A stretch of 64,000 nucleotides of DNA from a virus (taxonomy: Duplodnaviria > Heunggongvirae > Uroviricota > Caudoviricetes). Below the pieces are notes generated by a model. It did not search any database. It saw only the letters and a list, made by a program, of their open reading frames with translations, and was not told where the DNA came from. The position numbers and the translations under genes were made by a program. Of the stretch, positions 37,997 to 48,050 are shown one piece after another; the first letter of the stretch is position 1; each line of letters starts with the position of its first letter. Where the stretch lies: positions 109,858 through 173,857 of the IMG/VR virus record IMGVR_UViG_3300028048_001412, one strand, 5' to 3'.

Positions 37997-38413
37997 ATGA
38001 TATTAAAAGATGTATTAGGTCTAATTTCTCCTAAAACTCCTATTTTCATCAAAGATGTAGATTCAGACGATATTTTAAATAAAAATGTATATGTTATATC
38101 ACAATTGGAAATGAGTGAATTTATAGATTGTCCTGTTTATGGAGTAGATCCTGAAAATTGTCAACCAATTGAAATAAATGAAGAAACTGTGGATAAATGC
38201 ATTATTATTACTATTGATCATGAAAAACATGATGATGAAATGGATATGACATTAGAAGAATTAGGAGAAATTCAAGATATAATAATAGAAGAACTTAAAA
38301 ATAATTCTAATTTAAAAGATGTAGATTATCCTGAATATCATCAAAGAAAACATGATAAACTTCATAGATTAGCATCTAAATTAGAAAATGTAATAGGAGA
38401 TAAATCTTTATAA
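37997..38413 (+). CDS. Hypothetical acidic protein
   Basis: The internal ATG at 37997 directly follows the previous stop. The track ORF 37889.. overlaps the upstream gene. Confidence 0.4.
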   Translation: MILKDVLGLISPKTPIFIKDVDSDDILNKNVYVISQLEMSEFIDCPVYGVDPENCQPIEINEETVDKCIIITIDHEKHDDEMDMTLEELGEIQDIIIEELKNNSNLKDVDYPEYHQRKHDKLHRLASKLENVIGDKSL

Positions 38414-38802
38414 TGCCTACTGAATTCAGATATATTACTAAAGAAGAAATGAGCAATAATATATTTAGATATAAAGATTTTCCTGTAGTATTTGGATTAA
38501 GTTCTAAATACTATATTGATAAAGTAGGATATTATGGTTTATTTTTTAAAGATAAACTTATAGCAATAGCTCATATTAAAATAACTAAAGATAATATCTG
38601 TAAATTAAAAGCAATAGAAGTTAAACAATATTATCAAAAGAAAGGTTATGGAAAAGAATTATTATCTAAATTAGAAGAAGTTGCAAGAAATAAAAGATGT
38701 AAAGAAATTAGATTAGTACCTAGAGATTACAGAGTATTTGATTTTTATAAAAAATGTAGGTATGAATATATTCACGAACATTTAATGAAGAAAATATTAT
38801 AG
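38413..38802 (+). CDS. GNAT family N-acetyltransferase
   Basis: QKKGYGKELLSKLEEVARNKRCKEIRL (GNAT motif A). Confidence 0.5.
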   Translation: MPTEFRYITKEEMSNNIFRYKDFPVVFGLSSKYYIDKVGYYGLFFKDKLIAIAHIKITKDNICKLKAIEVKQYYQKKGYGKELLSKLEEVARNKRCKEIRLVPRDYRVFDFYKKCRYEYIHEHLMKKIL

Positions 38803-38812
38803 AGGTGTCCAA

Positions 38813-39271
38813 ATGAAAAGAATAATAGGTTTAACATTGATTTTATCTTTATTATTATCTGTTCCTGTATTTGCAGAAGATTCTATTTTACCGTGGATTG
38901 CTATAGGTTCATCAGTTAGTGCATCCAGTAATGCATCTGAAGCGAATAGAAATGCAGCTAAAGCAAATGAAAAATTAAAAAATTTAGAAGGATTAATTAA
39001 CTCCAATATTAATAATAAACCTTCTCATTTTATTAAATTTACAAACGACTCCAATAATGAACAATATGTAGATATGGCCAATATTATATCAATAAATGGA
39101 AGAGAAGATCAATGGAGTAATAAATATGGATTTGTTTTAAAAGATTGTTTTGGTAATTATTACTATTCTCGATTATATAAATCCAAAGAAGAAGTAAATA
39201 AAATTCAAGAATATATTATTGATGAATATAATAAAGTGTTAAAAGAATATTATAATGACAGGAAGGAGTAA
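38813..39271 (+). CDS. Secreted hypothetical protein
   Basis: Signal peptide MKRIIGLTLILSLLLSVPVFA. Confidence 0.45.
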   Translation: MKRIIGLTLILSLLLSVPVFAEDSILPWIAIGSSVSASSNASEANRNAAKANEKLKNLEGLINSNINNKPSHFIKFTNDSNNEQYVDMANIISINGREDQWSNKYGFVLKDCFGNYYYSRLYKSKEEVNKIQEYIIDEYNKVLKEYYNDRKE

Positions 39272-39275
39272 ATCT

Positions 39276-39653
39276 ATGAAAAAATTAGAATTTTTCGTAT
39301 TAAATTACGACCCTAATGCTAAAAAAGTGGAAAACTTTGATATTTTTAGAAATATTAGAGTTAGAGAAGGTGTAGAAAATGCAGTAAAAGAATATTTGAA
39401 AGATCCAGATAATTATGAATATGATTTAGATGGAATTCATTCTAATAATATAGTTAAAGGATATGAGGCAATTAAATCTCATATTGATAATATTATTAGA
39501 TGGCAAGAATGGGGAAGAAGAGAATATGAAATATCAGTAGGAGATGCTTTTGAAGAAGATTGCTCAAAATTAGAAAAATGGGATTGCTATTCTCAAGCTC
39601 ATCCAAATATAGATTTAATTACTAAAATGTGTATTGATTATTTCAAGAGGTAA
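39276..39653 (+). CDS. Hypothetical protein
   Basis: ATG at 39276 after an AGGAAGGAG RBS. Confidence 0.4.
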   Translation: MKKLEFFVLNYDPNAKKVENFDIFRNIRVREGVENAVKEYLKDPDNYEYDLDGIHSNNIVKGYEAIKSHIDNIIRWQEWGRREYEISVGDAFEEDCSKLEKWDCYSQAHPNIDLITKMCIDYFKR

Positions 39654-39656
39654 CAT

Positions 39657-40058
39657 ATGGATTTTGAATTATCAACAAAAGATTTAAAGAATAAAGTTGC
39701 TCATTTTATTCAAATTGACCCTAATACTTGGGTTGATTTATCTAAAGTAATTGGAATAGAAATAAATCCTGTTCAAAGACAAGCAAATGTTCATTTTGAA
39801 GTTTGTTTTGCTATATCTACTACTTCAAAACAAGAAGCAGAAGAATTTAATACTAACTTTATAGGAGCAGTCCCTTTTATTAAATTTGAAACCTTAAATC
39901 AAGCAATAGAATATTTAAGAGATTTAGGAATAGAAATAAATCAAGATAATAATGAATTATTTAAAAAATATAATTGCACTTCAAGATTAAACAATATAAA
40001 ACAATCTAAAGTAGATGATAACGATGATTTAACTGCAGGAAAATTCGGAGCAGAGTAA
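39657..40058 (+). CDS. Hypothetical protein
   Basis: 133-aa ORF. Confidence 0.4.
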   Translation: MDFELSTKDLKNKVAHFIQIDPNTWVDLSKVIGIEINPVQRQANVHFEVCFAISTTSKQEAEEFNTNFIGAVPFIKFETLNQAIEYLRDLGIEINQDNNELFKKYNCTSRLNNIKQSKVDDNDDLTAGKFGAE

Positions 40059-40062
40059 TATT

Positions 40063-40869
40063 ATGAATGATATAAAACAATATTGGAAAAATAAAGATAC
40101 TAAAGCACAAGAAGCCAAAGTTCATACAGAATTAATGGAAAAATTCAATAAAAAAGAGATTGAGAATTCAATAGAAGGAACTATTGAATATGAAGAACAT
40201 AAAAATATTGAATTAAATACTTCTATTTCTAATCAAATTCCAGAATTTATATTAGATGATATTGATTCTGTTTCTGCAATATTCAAATATAAAGAAGATG
40301 ATGTTAAAATGGCAGTATTAAATTTTGCATCATTTAAATTTGCAGGCGGAGGATTTATTAAAGGTTCTATTGCACAGGAAGAATGTTTATGTCATGAATC
40401 TTTTTTATATAATGTATTATCTAAAAAAGAAGATTTTTATGCAAAAAATAGAACTATATTAAATGATAGCCTTTATAAAAATAGAGGATTATATTCTCCA
40501 GATATTCAATTTAGTAGAAAGATAGAGGATAATAATATCATATGTAATTGCAATGTTATAACAGTTGCAGCTCCTAATAAAAGAGCATATTTACAACATA
40601 ATGAGAAAAGTAAAGAATTGGAAGAGATAAATAAAAGATATTTAGTTTCTAGATGTAATTTTGTACTTACTATTGCTAAACTTCATAATATTAAAACACT
40701 AATATTAGGTGCTTTTGGATGTGGAGTATTTAATCAAGATCCAGAAGAAGTAGCTTTAGCATTTAGAACATTATTAGAACAATACGATTATGGTGTAGAA
40801 AAAGTAATATTTGCTATTCCTAATAAAAATGATCCGAATTATCAAGGATTTTTTAAATATTTTAAGTAA
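40063..40869 (+). CDS. PARG-type macrodomain protein (DUF2263/TIGR02452-like poly/mono-ADP-ribose glycohydrolase)
   Basis: LNFASFKFAGGGFIKGSIAQEE matches the PARG catalytic signature GGG-X6-8-QEE. Confidence 0.55.
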   Translation: MNDIKQYWKNKDTKAQEAKVHTELMEKFNKKEIENSIEGTIEYEEHKNIELNTSISNQIPEFILDDIDSVSAIFKYKEDDVKMAVLNFASFKFAGGGFIKGSIAQEECLCHESFLYNVLSKKEDFYAKNRTILNDSLYKNRGLYSPDIQFSRKIEDNNIICNCNVITVAAPNKRAYLQHNEKSKELEEINKRYLVSRCNFVLTIAKLHNIKTLILGAFGCGVFNQDPEEVALAFRTLLEQYDYGVEKVIFAIPNKNDPNYQGFFKYFK

Positions 40870-40949
40870 AATAGATCTTTTAATATATTTTATATGAAAT
40901 TTCAAGAACTAAATATATAATATATTAATAGATAGGAGGATTACTCTGA

Positions 40950-41120
40950 ATGAAAGTATATATTCTCTGGTATCAACCTCTTCATAATTATGATGATGAA
41001 CCTTGGCAAATATATGATATTTTAAGTTCGGAAGAAAAAGCAAGAATTAGACAAAGAGAAATAGAGGTTGAAAATCCAAAACTATATAAATTCAACATTG
41101 AAGAGTGGTCTGTAAAGTAA
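40950..41120 (+). CDS. Small hypothetical protein (56 aa), not in ORF track
   Basis: Strong ATAGGAGGA RBS, then ATG. MKVYILWYQPLHNYDDEPWQIYDIL... Confidence 0.4.
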   Translation: MKVYILWYQPLHNYDDEPWQIYDILSSEEKARIRQREIEVENPKLYKFNIEEWSVK

Positions 41121-41176
41121 TTTACATTTATCACTCTTTTTAAGTTCAAATAAATAAGGAGAAGCAATTAAAATTA

Positions 41177-42097
41177 ATGAAAATTTATGCACACATAGTA
41201 AAAAACATGACTTTAAATTCTATTACTTATGATGATTTCGTAGAATTATTCAAAGATAATAAACTTGGTCAAAGAACTTGGATGCATTGCAAAGATAAAA
41301 TGGCAAAACAACCTACTAAATATGGAAAAGGAAGATATGTTCAATATAAAGCATTAGGAAATAATTTTATATTTAGTTCAGGATTAACTAAAGAAGAATT
41401 ATTAAAAATAGCAAATTGTGAGACTAAACAAGTTCCTAAAAATATAGAGTCAATAACTACTCCTTATAAAACAGATGATGAAATATATAGAGAAGATTTA
41501 CATATATTTATAAAAGAAAAATATCCAGTAGATTATATACTTAAAGGCAAAGTTGGAGATTATATTATAAAATATGCAAATGTTAAGAAAAAACAAATAC
41601 TATTAGATGGAGATACTATTAAAATTACTTCTAATAATTTAAGATTATTTAAAACTAAAGGATATAAATGTTGTAAGTGCGGAGTAGAAGGAAAATGGTT
41701 TTATAAAATTAGAAGTGATGTAAATGACGGATATCATTTAGAATTATTTGGAGAAAAAGATGGTAAATTAGTAGTAATGACTAAAGATCATATTCTTCCT
41801 CTTTCAAAAGGAGGAGCGGATCATGTGGCGAATCTTCAAACAATGTGCAGTAAATGTAATCAAGAAAAAAGTAATGATGTTAATTTAAAAGATAAAGCAA
41901 ATGGAATATCAAAACAAGAATTATGTTTAGCAAAAATGCAAGCCGTTACTAAATTATGTCAAAAAGAATATAATTCAAAAATGGATAAACAAGAACTTTG
42001 CAGAAAAATATTTGAAATTATAAACGGTAGAGATGAAAAAAATCTCGATAAAAGTAAAGGTTTATTAAGAAAATTAGGTAGATTAATAGGAGTGTAA
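41177..42097 (+). CDS. HNH homing endonuclease
   Basis: DHILPLSKGGADHVANLQTMCSKCNQEKSN. Confidence 0.7.
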   Translation: MKIYAHIVKNMTLNSITYDDFVELFKDNKLGQRTWMHCKDKMAKQPTKYGKGRYVQYKALGNNFIFSSGLTKEELLKIANCETKQVPKNIESITTPYKTDDEIYREDLHIFIKEKYPVDYILKGKVGDYIIKYANVKKKQILLDGDTIKITSNNLRLFKTKGYKCCKCGVEGKWFYKIRSDVNDGYHLELFGEKDGKLVVMTKDHILPLSKGGADHVANLQTMCSKCNQEKSNDVNLKDKANGISKQELCLAKMQAVTKLCQKEYNSKMDKQELCRKIFEIINGRDEKNLDKSKGLLRKLGRLIGV

Positions 42098-42168
42098 ATT
42101 AATTATTGATTTTTCTCCTTAAGTATCTTATAATATTATAATAATATTTTTGAAAGGAGAAAATAAAA

Positions 42169-42696
42169 ATGCAAGAAACAATCATAAAAGAAAAATGTAT
42201 TTATTTAGATATTGATGGAGTACTTAACTCTGATAAAACTTTAGCCAGAACTCCTAATAGGTATATAGGAATAAGTTCGGATAAAGTTAAATTGTTAAAA
42301 GAAATTGTTAAAGCCACTGATGCTTGTATTGTTTTATCTTCTTCTTGGAGACTGATGGAAGAATATGATGAAGATAAAAAATATTTATATAAACAATTAA
42401 GATATAAAGATTTAAAAATAGTGGATCAAACTAAAAAATTATCTATGAATAGAGGACTTGAGATATCAAAGCATTTAGAAGAACATCCAGAAATTAAATC
42501 TTTTGTAATATTAGATGATGAATTTGCATTGCAATTTAAAGAATGTGGATTATCTAAACATTATATTCAAACTGATTATACCACTGGTTTAACTAAAGAT
42601 GATGTAATGAAAGCAATTAAAATATTGAATGATGAATTTGATAATGTAAACTATAAAGATAATTCTAATGAAGAACATTTTGGAAGAGAATTATAA
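42169..42696 (+). CDS. HAD-like phosphatase (polynucleotide 3'-phosphatase-like?)
   Basis: CIYLDIDGVLN motif I. VILDDE motif. Confidence 0.4.
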   Translation: MQETIIKEKCIYLDIDGVLNSDKTLARTPNRYIGISSDKVKLLKEIVKATDACIVLSSSWRLMEEYDEDKKYLYKQLRYKDLKIVDQTKKLSMNRGLEISKHLEEHPEIKSFVILDDEFALQFKECGLSKHYIQTDYTTGLTKDDVMKAIKILNDEFDNVNYKDNSNEEHFGREL

Positions 42697-42722
42697 TGTA
42701 AAATAGGAAAGGAGATATTAAA

Positions 42723-43847
42723 ATGGCTGGTAAAATATTCATGTATGGACTAGATTATAGAACAGGCAGAGCAGAATTTGGTAATATTTCATCTGAAAGA
42801 TTATTATCAAAATTAGATGCTAGTACTAAAAAGAGAATTAATAGTAAATTAGAAGAACGAAAATCATTTATAAATAAACAGGAAATGAATTTAAAGCCAT
42901 TTAAATATTTCAATACTATTTCTCCAGTAGCTCCTAAAAACAAAGAATGTATATTTGGAGATGATTGTGTAATATTAGCATTTTCTTCTGGATTTGATAC
43001 TACTCAAATAGAAGAAGCTTTATATAAAAAAGTGAAATCTTCTAAAGTTCCAAATAAATTATATATACTTAAAGTAAAAGAAGGAATATCTATTGCAGTA
43101 AGTGTAGATAAATCTAATTTAGATAAAGTAAAAGAAAATTATTTAAAAGATAGAGTAGGATATAAAAATATTAAGTTTGAAATACTAGAATTTCCAATTT
43201 GTCCTAATTTTATAGAAGGAAAAACTCCTGTAAAATCTAATTCAAAAACTGAGAATAAAGATGAAATAAATGTAACTAAAGAAGAATTTTTAGCATTTGA
43301 AAAAGTTAGAAAAAGCGGAGTTACTAATATGTTTGCTAAAGATACTGTTTGTAAATTAGCAAATATATCTAAAGAAACATATTATAAAATAGTTAAAGGT
43401 AATAATTATAGCATTTTAGCCGATAAATATTTAAAGAATAATAAAGATAAAGAAGAATCTAAAGATGTAAAATCTAGTAAATTATATGAAGATAAAGAAG
43501 TTACTCTTACTTTAGCTACAGAGAAAGATTTGAAAAGGTTTTATGATGATTGGTCATTTACATTTGAAGGAATGGCTGGAGATAATAAGAATCTTAAAGA
43601 CATAAAGAAATTCTTAAATGATAAATTCAAAGTAAAATTTTCAGGCAATTATTATTTAGTAAAAGGAAAATTGATGAATAGTCATTATGGATTAAAAGGA
43701 GATAATAAATATCCAAATGATTTAGATATATTAGTTTTAATGCAGGGTGAATTTGGAAATATTAATTCTTTACCAATGGCTAAAATGTCTGTAGGAGCGA
43801 GATGGTTTACAGATATAGTGGATAACAACAAGAGGTTTAATAAATAA
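42723..43847 (+). CDS. Hypothetical protein
   Basis: 374-aa ORF, GGAAAGGAG RBS. Confidence 0.45.
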   Translation: MAGKIFMYGLDYRTGRAEFGNISSERLLSKLDASTKKRINSKLEERKSFINKQEMNLKPFKYFNTISPVAPKNKECIFGDDCVILAFSSGFDTTQIEEALYKKVKSSKVPNKLYILKVKEGISIAVSVDKSNLDKVKENYLKDRVGYKNIKFEILEFPICPNFIEGKTPVKSNSKTENKDEINVTKEEFLAFEKVRKSGVTNMFAKDTVCKLANISKETYYKIVKGNNYSILADKYLKNNKDKEESKDVKSSKLYEDKEVTLTLATEKDLKRFYDDWSFTFEGMAGDNKNLKDIKKFLNDKFKVKFSGNYYLVKGKLMNSHYGLKGDNKYPNDLDILVLMQGEFGNINSLPMAKMSVGARWFTDIVDNNKRFNK

Positions 43848-43848
43848 T

Positions 43849-44508
43849 ATGGAAAAGATGAAAGCTTTCAACGTAGAAACTAACTACGGTGGAAAAAGAA
43901 AATGGAGAATTGAACCTATTTCAAAAGAAAAATTACAAAATTTCTTTGGCGGAGAATCTATTCTTAATTATTATTGGGATATTTTTAAATCTAAATTGAA
44001 CGAAATTATATTAAATGATAAAGGTGCAATTGCTTTTAATATTTTCCATTCAGATGATGAAAATATACTTACTAGACATCTTTTATTTACATATGGATAT
44101 AGTTTAAAAGATGCTAGAGATGTGGTGGATGAAATATATCATAACGATTTTAAAACTAATGAGTATTTAAAGTTTGAACAAGATGAACAAAAAAGAGAAG
44201 AAGAAAGAGAAAAAAGCAAACATGAAGAAGAAATAGAACATAAAAATGAAATAAACGATCAATCTAGACCTATAAAAATAATAGTTAATAAATTACCCAA
44301 AACTAAGGATGAATGTCCTTTTTGTGTAGATGGATATTGTAAATTAATGGAAAATTCTTTACCTAGTGTTTCTTGGGATGATTCTCCAGGATTTTATGAT
44401 AGTGGTCCTTCTTTAAATAGTATAGATTTACATTTTGATTATGACGAATGTATATTAAAAGATGATGAGCCTGGAATTAAATGTCCTTGTTTACAAGCGT
44501 CGAATTAA
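43849..44508 (+). CDS. Hypothetical protein
   Basis: 219-aa ORF coupled to the previous gene. Confidence 0.45.
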   Translation: MEKMKAFNVETNYGGKRKWRIEPISKEKLQNFFGGESILNYYWDIFKSKLNEIILNDKGAIAFNIFHSDDENILTRHLLFTYGYSLKDARDVVDEIYHNDFKTNEYLKFEQDEQKREEEREKSKHEEEIEHKNEINDQSRPIKIIVNKLPKTKDECPFCVDGYCKLMENSLPSVSWDDSPGFYDSGPSLNSIDLHFDYDECILKDDEPGIKCPCLQASN

Positions 44509-44527
44509 GAAAAGAAGAAATTTTTAA

Positions 44528-45031
44528 TTGAAAAGATGCGTTAGATTTTTGATTACAATTTTATTATTATTTAGTCTTACTAATATTGCATTTGCTCAAG
44601 ATAATACAGAAATAGAAGAAATTAATATTTCTAAAGATATTAAATCTTCAGACGTACTTATATCAGCAACTTTAATTGATGAAAATGGAAAACAAATATC
44701 AAGGACTATTCCAAATACAGCAACTATTTGCAATAAACAACAAATATTAGAATTTATGCAGTTACATATTCAATGGAGTTCTTGGGTATGGATAGATCAC
44801 GGAAATTACTTTAGTGTATATACTATTCCAACTATATATTATAACGATGAAATTCCTATGATTATAACTTATGAAAAATCGGAATTTGTAAATATAGTTA
44901 GATATACTGATGAAAATATGAAAATAATTACAGATAGAGGAATTTTAGATATAACAAATGAATATTTAAAAAATGAAGAATATTATATGAATATTAAAGA
45001 AGATAGTTCAATATCTATTTGGCCTAAGTAA
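44528..45031 (+). CDS. Secreted hypothetical protein
   Basis: Signal peptide, then AFAQD. Confidence 0.4.
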   Translation: MKRCVRFLITILLLFSLTNIAFAQDNTEIEEINISKDIKSSDVLISATLIDENGKQISRTIPNTATICNKQQILEFMQLHIQWSSWVWIDHGNYFSVYTIPTIYYNDEIPMIITYEKSEFVNIVRYTDENMKIITDRGILDITNEYLKNEEYYMNIKEDSSISIWPK

Positions 45032-45043
45032 AGGAGATATATT

Positions 45044-45436
45044 ATGTTTGAAGTAGAATATGAATATGGTGATTATGAAGGAAACATTACTAAAGTAAAA
45101 ACCACTATGAATGAAATTTCTTTAAAAATGTTAGAACAAAGTCTTCAAAAATATCCTCATTATTCATTAACATATAGAGAAATTGGAGAAACTAATATTA
45201 ATGGTATAAATCCTTGGCAAATAGATGAGGATTATCCTTTAGAAGTTGGAAATGGTAATGATTATTCATTAGATATTGGTAATAATAATGATTATCCTTT
45301 AACTGTAGGTGAAAATGTAGTTCCATTAACTATAGGTGAAGGAATAGTGTCTTTGACCATAGGAGAAAATGTTTCACCATTAATTATAGATTTGAAAATG
45401 ATGAAAGATATGAAAAGAAAGAGGAAAACTAAATGA
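45044..45436 (+). CDS. Hypothetical protein with short G-N-xDY repeats
   Basis: 130-aa ORF. Confidence 0.4.
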   Translation: MFEVEYEYGDYEGNITKVKTTMNEISLKMLEQSLQKYPHYSLTYREIGETNINGINPWQIDEDYPLEVGNGNDYSLDIGNNNDYPLTVGENVVPLTIGEGIVSLTIGENVSPLIIDLKMMKDMKRKRKTK

Positions 45437-45780
45437 AAAGAATAATTAGTTTAATAATTTGTATAATTTGTTTAACTCAAACTATATTTGCTTCTACTAT
45501 TATATGGAGTCCTAATACCAAAAGCGAATATTCTATTCAAGAAGAATGGTATGATAATAGAAAACATGAAGAAATTAAAGGACCTAAATGCATTAAAGGT
45601 AGAACAAAAGAAGAAGTAGTTTCTCAATGGAAAGAAAAACAAAGACAAGAAGCTATAACTAGTTGGAAAAAATATTGTGAATCATATCGAGCATCAATTG
45701 AAAGAATAAAACAGGAAAATCTTAAAACATATGATCCTTATATTATAACTCCATTAGGTGTTATAAATAAAGATAAATAA
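45433..45780 (+). CDS. Secreted hypothetical protein
   Basis: Signal peptide. ATGA overlap. Confidence 0.4.
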   Translation: MKRIISLIICIICLTQTIFASTIIWSPNTKSEYSIQEEWYDNRKHEEIKGPKCIKGRTKEEVVSQWKEKQRQEAITSWKKYCESYRASIERIKQENLKTYDPYIITPLGVINKDK

Positions 45781-45814
45781 AATTATTTCTCTATATTTCT
45801 CTTAAATAGTAGAA

Positions 45815-46087
45815 ATGAAAGGAGATAAAATTATGAAAAATGAATTAGAAAAGAAAGAAAATCAAATTAAAACTCACACAGAAGCCATTAAAAACAAAGA
45901 AGGAAAAGCAGTAGGACATAAGACAACAAAGAAAGCTGAAGGTAAAAACTGGAAAGCAGAATCAACACATGCAAAAGTAAAAGAAGAAAATTACGAGGCA
46001 GAATCATTTTCAGAATCTTATGAATATCATTCTTCTGATTTTGACGAAGACAATGATATATTAGAAGATGATGAAAATAGAGAATGA
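45815..46087 (+). CDS. Hypothetical acidic protein
   Basis: 90-aa ORF, GGAG RBS. Confidence 0.4.
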   Translation: MKGDKIMKNELEKKENQIKTHTEAIKNKEGKAVGHKTTKKAEGKNWKAESTHAKVKEENYEAESFSESYEYHSSDFDEDNDILEDDENRE

Positions 46088-46369
46088 AATTGTTAATTTA
46101 ATTTCTAGTTTAGAAGGAGTATAAAATTCATGAAGAAAACAGATATTGACCATTTTATAAATGAAGGTGAGTGGTTATAAAATATGAAAAAGTATATTGT
46201 AAAAGCATTTAAACAAGGAAAAGAAGCAGGTTATTGGTCTTTTTCTGATGAATATTATGCTAAAAGAACTAAAGAAGATAAAGAAAAAGAAGGATATTTG
46301 GTTACTATAGAAGAAAAGGAAGAGTAGTACATGAAAATGTACTTTTAGAGGAAGAAAAACAGTAAATAT

Positions 46370-46381
46370 AGGTATAATATT
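46370..46381 (+). promoter_or_regulatory. GTATAATATTAT motif immediately upstream of tRNA-Ser
   Basis: The motif ends ~7 nt before the tRNA 5' end, consistent with a -10 element. Confidence 0.45.
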
Positions 46382-46387
46382 ATATAA

Positions 46388-46472
46388 GTTCCTATGGGAG
46401 AGTGGTTGAATCCATATGATTGGAAATCATAAGATCAGAAATGGTCCACAGGTTCGAATCCTGTTAGGAACG
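46388..46472 (+). tRNA. tRNA-Ser (anticodon GGA), class II with long variable arm
   Basis: Acceptor GTTCCTA/TAGGAAC. D-stem GGA/TCC with AGTGGTTGAA loop. Anticodon stem TATGA/TCATA with loop TTGGAAA. T-arm ACAGG-TTCGAAT-CCTGT. Confidence 0.6.
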
Positions 46473-46556
46473 TTAGCTTTATACGTAATTTGTTATAAAG
46501 TGATATTCAGATCTCTGTATTATTGAGACCAATAGAGCCGTAAATTAGGCTCTATA

Positions 46557-46628
46557 TGCGAGTATAGTATAGCGGTTATTATTTCTGGCTTCCACCCAGA
46601 GGAGAAGGGTTCAATTCCCTTTACTCGC
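46557..46628 (+). tRNA. tRNA-Gly (anticodon TCC)
   Basis: Acceptor GCGAGTA/TACTCGC. D-loop AGCGGTTA. Anticodon stem TCTGG/CCAGA with loop CTTCCAC. T-arm AAGGG-TTCAATT-CCCTT. Confidence 0.55.
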
Positions 46629-46655
46629 TTAAATAAATGAAAAGTAGGTAAACAT

Positions 46656-46982
46656 ATGAATGAGTTCAATATTATATTTTTATCAATAGGATTAACTATA
46701 CTTGTATGGGTAGTATATTATTTAATAAGAGGAATTATTAAATATATAAGAGAACATAATAATGATAAAACTATGATTTCTACAGAAGAAGAATATGATT
46801 TAGAAGATGAACAGGATGATGAAGACGAAGAATATTGTTCTAATTTTGAATGTAAAGTAATTAAAATTACTTCTGCAGAACAAGTAGAAGAAGAAATGAA
46901 TAAATTTTTTAAAGATAATAATGATAAAATTGGCGATATTGAAATAAAAATGAATGATAATTATGTTATAATTATTTATTAG
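46656..46982 (+). CDS. Hypothetical membrane-anchored acidic protein
   Basis: N-terminal TM, then a D/E-rich segment. Confidence 0.4.
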   Translation: MNEFNIIFLSIGLTILVWVVYYLIRGIIKYIREHNNDKTMISTEEEYDLEDEQDDEDEEYCSNFECKVIKITSAEQVEEEMNKFFKDNNDKIGDIEIKMNDNYVIIIY

Positions 46983-46992
46983 GAGTAACTAA

Positions 46993-47694
46993 ATGTCTAA
47001 ATTAGGTAAAAAATTAATTAAAGGTATGAAAGAAGCAGTAGAAATTACTAAAAATAAAGTTCCTGCTGGAAGATTAGTTTGTGATGGAAAACATTGGATA
47101 GCAGAAGACGGAACTAAATTTGATACTATAGATGAAATGTGTGATTATGATGCAAAAAAAAGAAAAGAAAAAATAAAAAAACTACCTCTTGAAAAACAAA
47201 AAGCCATTAAGGAAAAAGAAAAGAAAAGATTACAAAAATGGAAAGAAGATGAGAAGAAATTTGAAGAAAAAATGGCTAAACAAAGATATAAAAGAAAATT
47301 TGCAGATGTAGATACTTGGTCAATGAGTGATTGGTTTTGTGATGTGGTTCCTAAAATGATAGAGCAACTTATAAAAAATAAACATGGTTGGCAACCTCAA
47401 TTAGGATATAAAATAGAAAAAGGAAAGTTAGTTAAATTAAAGAAAGTTAAAATGGAACATCCTCATAGTAAAAAGATGGTTATGATGTATCCAGATATTA
47501 CTTTTGAAGATGAACAAAAAGTATTAAAATATTTAGCAGATAAAATAAAAAAGATAGTTGAATTAGATAGTTATGATGCTTTACCTAAAAAATTCACAGC
47601 AAAAGATGTAATTAAAAATCAAAAAGAACTTATTAAAACTAAAGATGAAGCATTAAAATTATTTTCAGATATATTCTTTTCATTAGGAGATTAA
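46993..47694 (+). CDS. Hypothetical K/E-rich protein
   Basis: 233-aa ORF, GGAG RBS. Confidence 0.4.
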   Translation: MSKLGKKLIKGMKEAVEITKNKVPAGRLVCDGKHWIAEDGTKFDTIDEMCDYDAKKRKEKIKKLPLEKQKAIKEKEKKRLQKWKEDEKKFEEKMAKQRYKRKFADVDTWSMSDWFCDVVPKMIEQLIKNKHGWQPQLGYKIEKGKLVKLKKVKMEHPHSKKMVMMYPDITFEDEQKVLKYLADKIKKIVELDSYDALPKKFTAKDVIKNQKELIKTKDEALKLFSDIFFSLGD

Positions 47695-47699
47695 TTATT

Positions 47700-48050
47700 T
47701 TGGATAATAAAAAATCAAAATTACATGCATTTCAAAATTGGAAGAAAGGAACAATTGGTAAAGCTTGGTTATTTTATAATCAAGAATTAAAAGGTCATTT
47801 TGAAAAACGTAATGGTTTATATTCTTTTGTTCCTGATTGGAATAGTAATAAAATAGGAGAAGATGGAAGTGTATTTTTAGGATGTGTTTTAGAATATTCT
47901 CCTTGGAAAAAAGATAGAAAAAGTAAAAGATTAAATAGAATTGAACGAAAAAAGAAATTAAGAGAAAAATTAGAAGCTCAAGGTAAGAAATTTCATAGTA
48001 AACTTCAAAATAAAAAGCATAAGAAGTGTAAATGCTATGAAAAAGAGTAA
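47700..48050 (+). CDS. Hypothetical basic protein
   Basis: 116-aa ORF. Confidence 0.35.
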   Translation: MDNKKSKLHAFQNWKKGTIGKAWLFYNQELKGHFEKRNGLYSFVPDWNSNKIGEDGSVFLGCVLEYSPWKKDRKSKRLNRIERKKKLREKLEAQGKKFHSKLQNKKHKKCKCYEKE

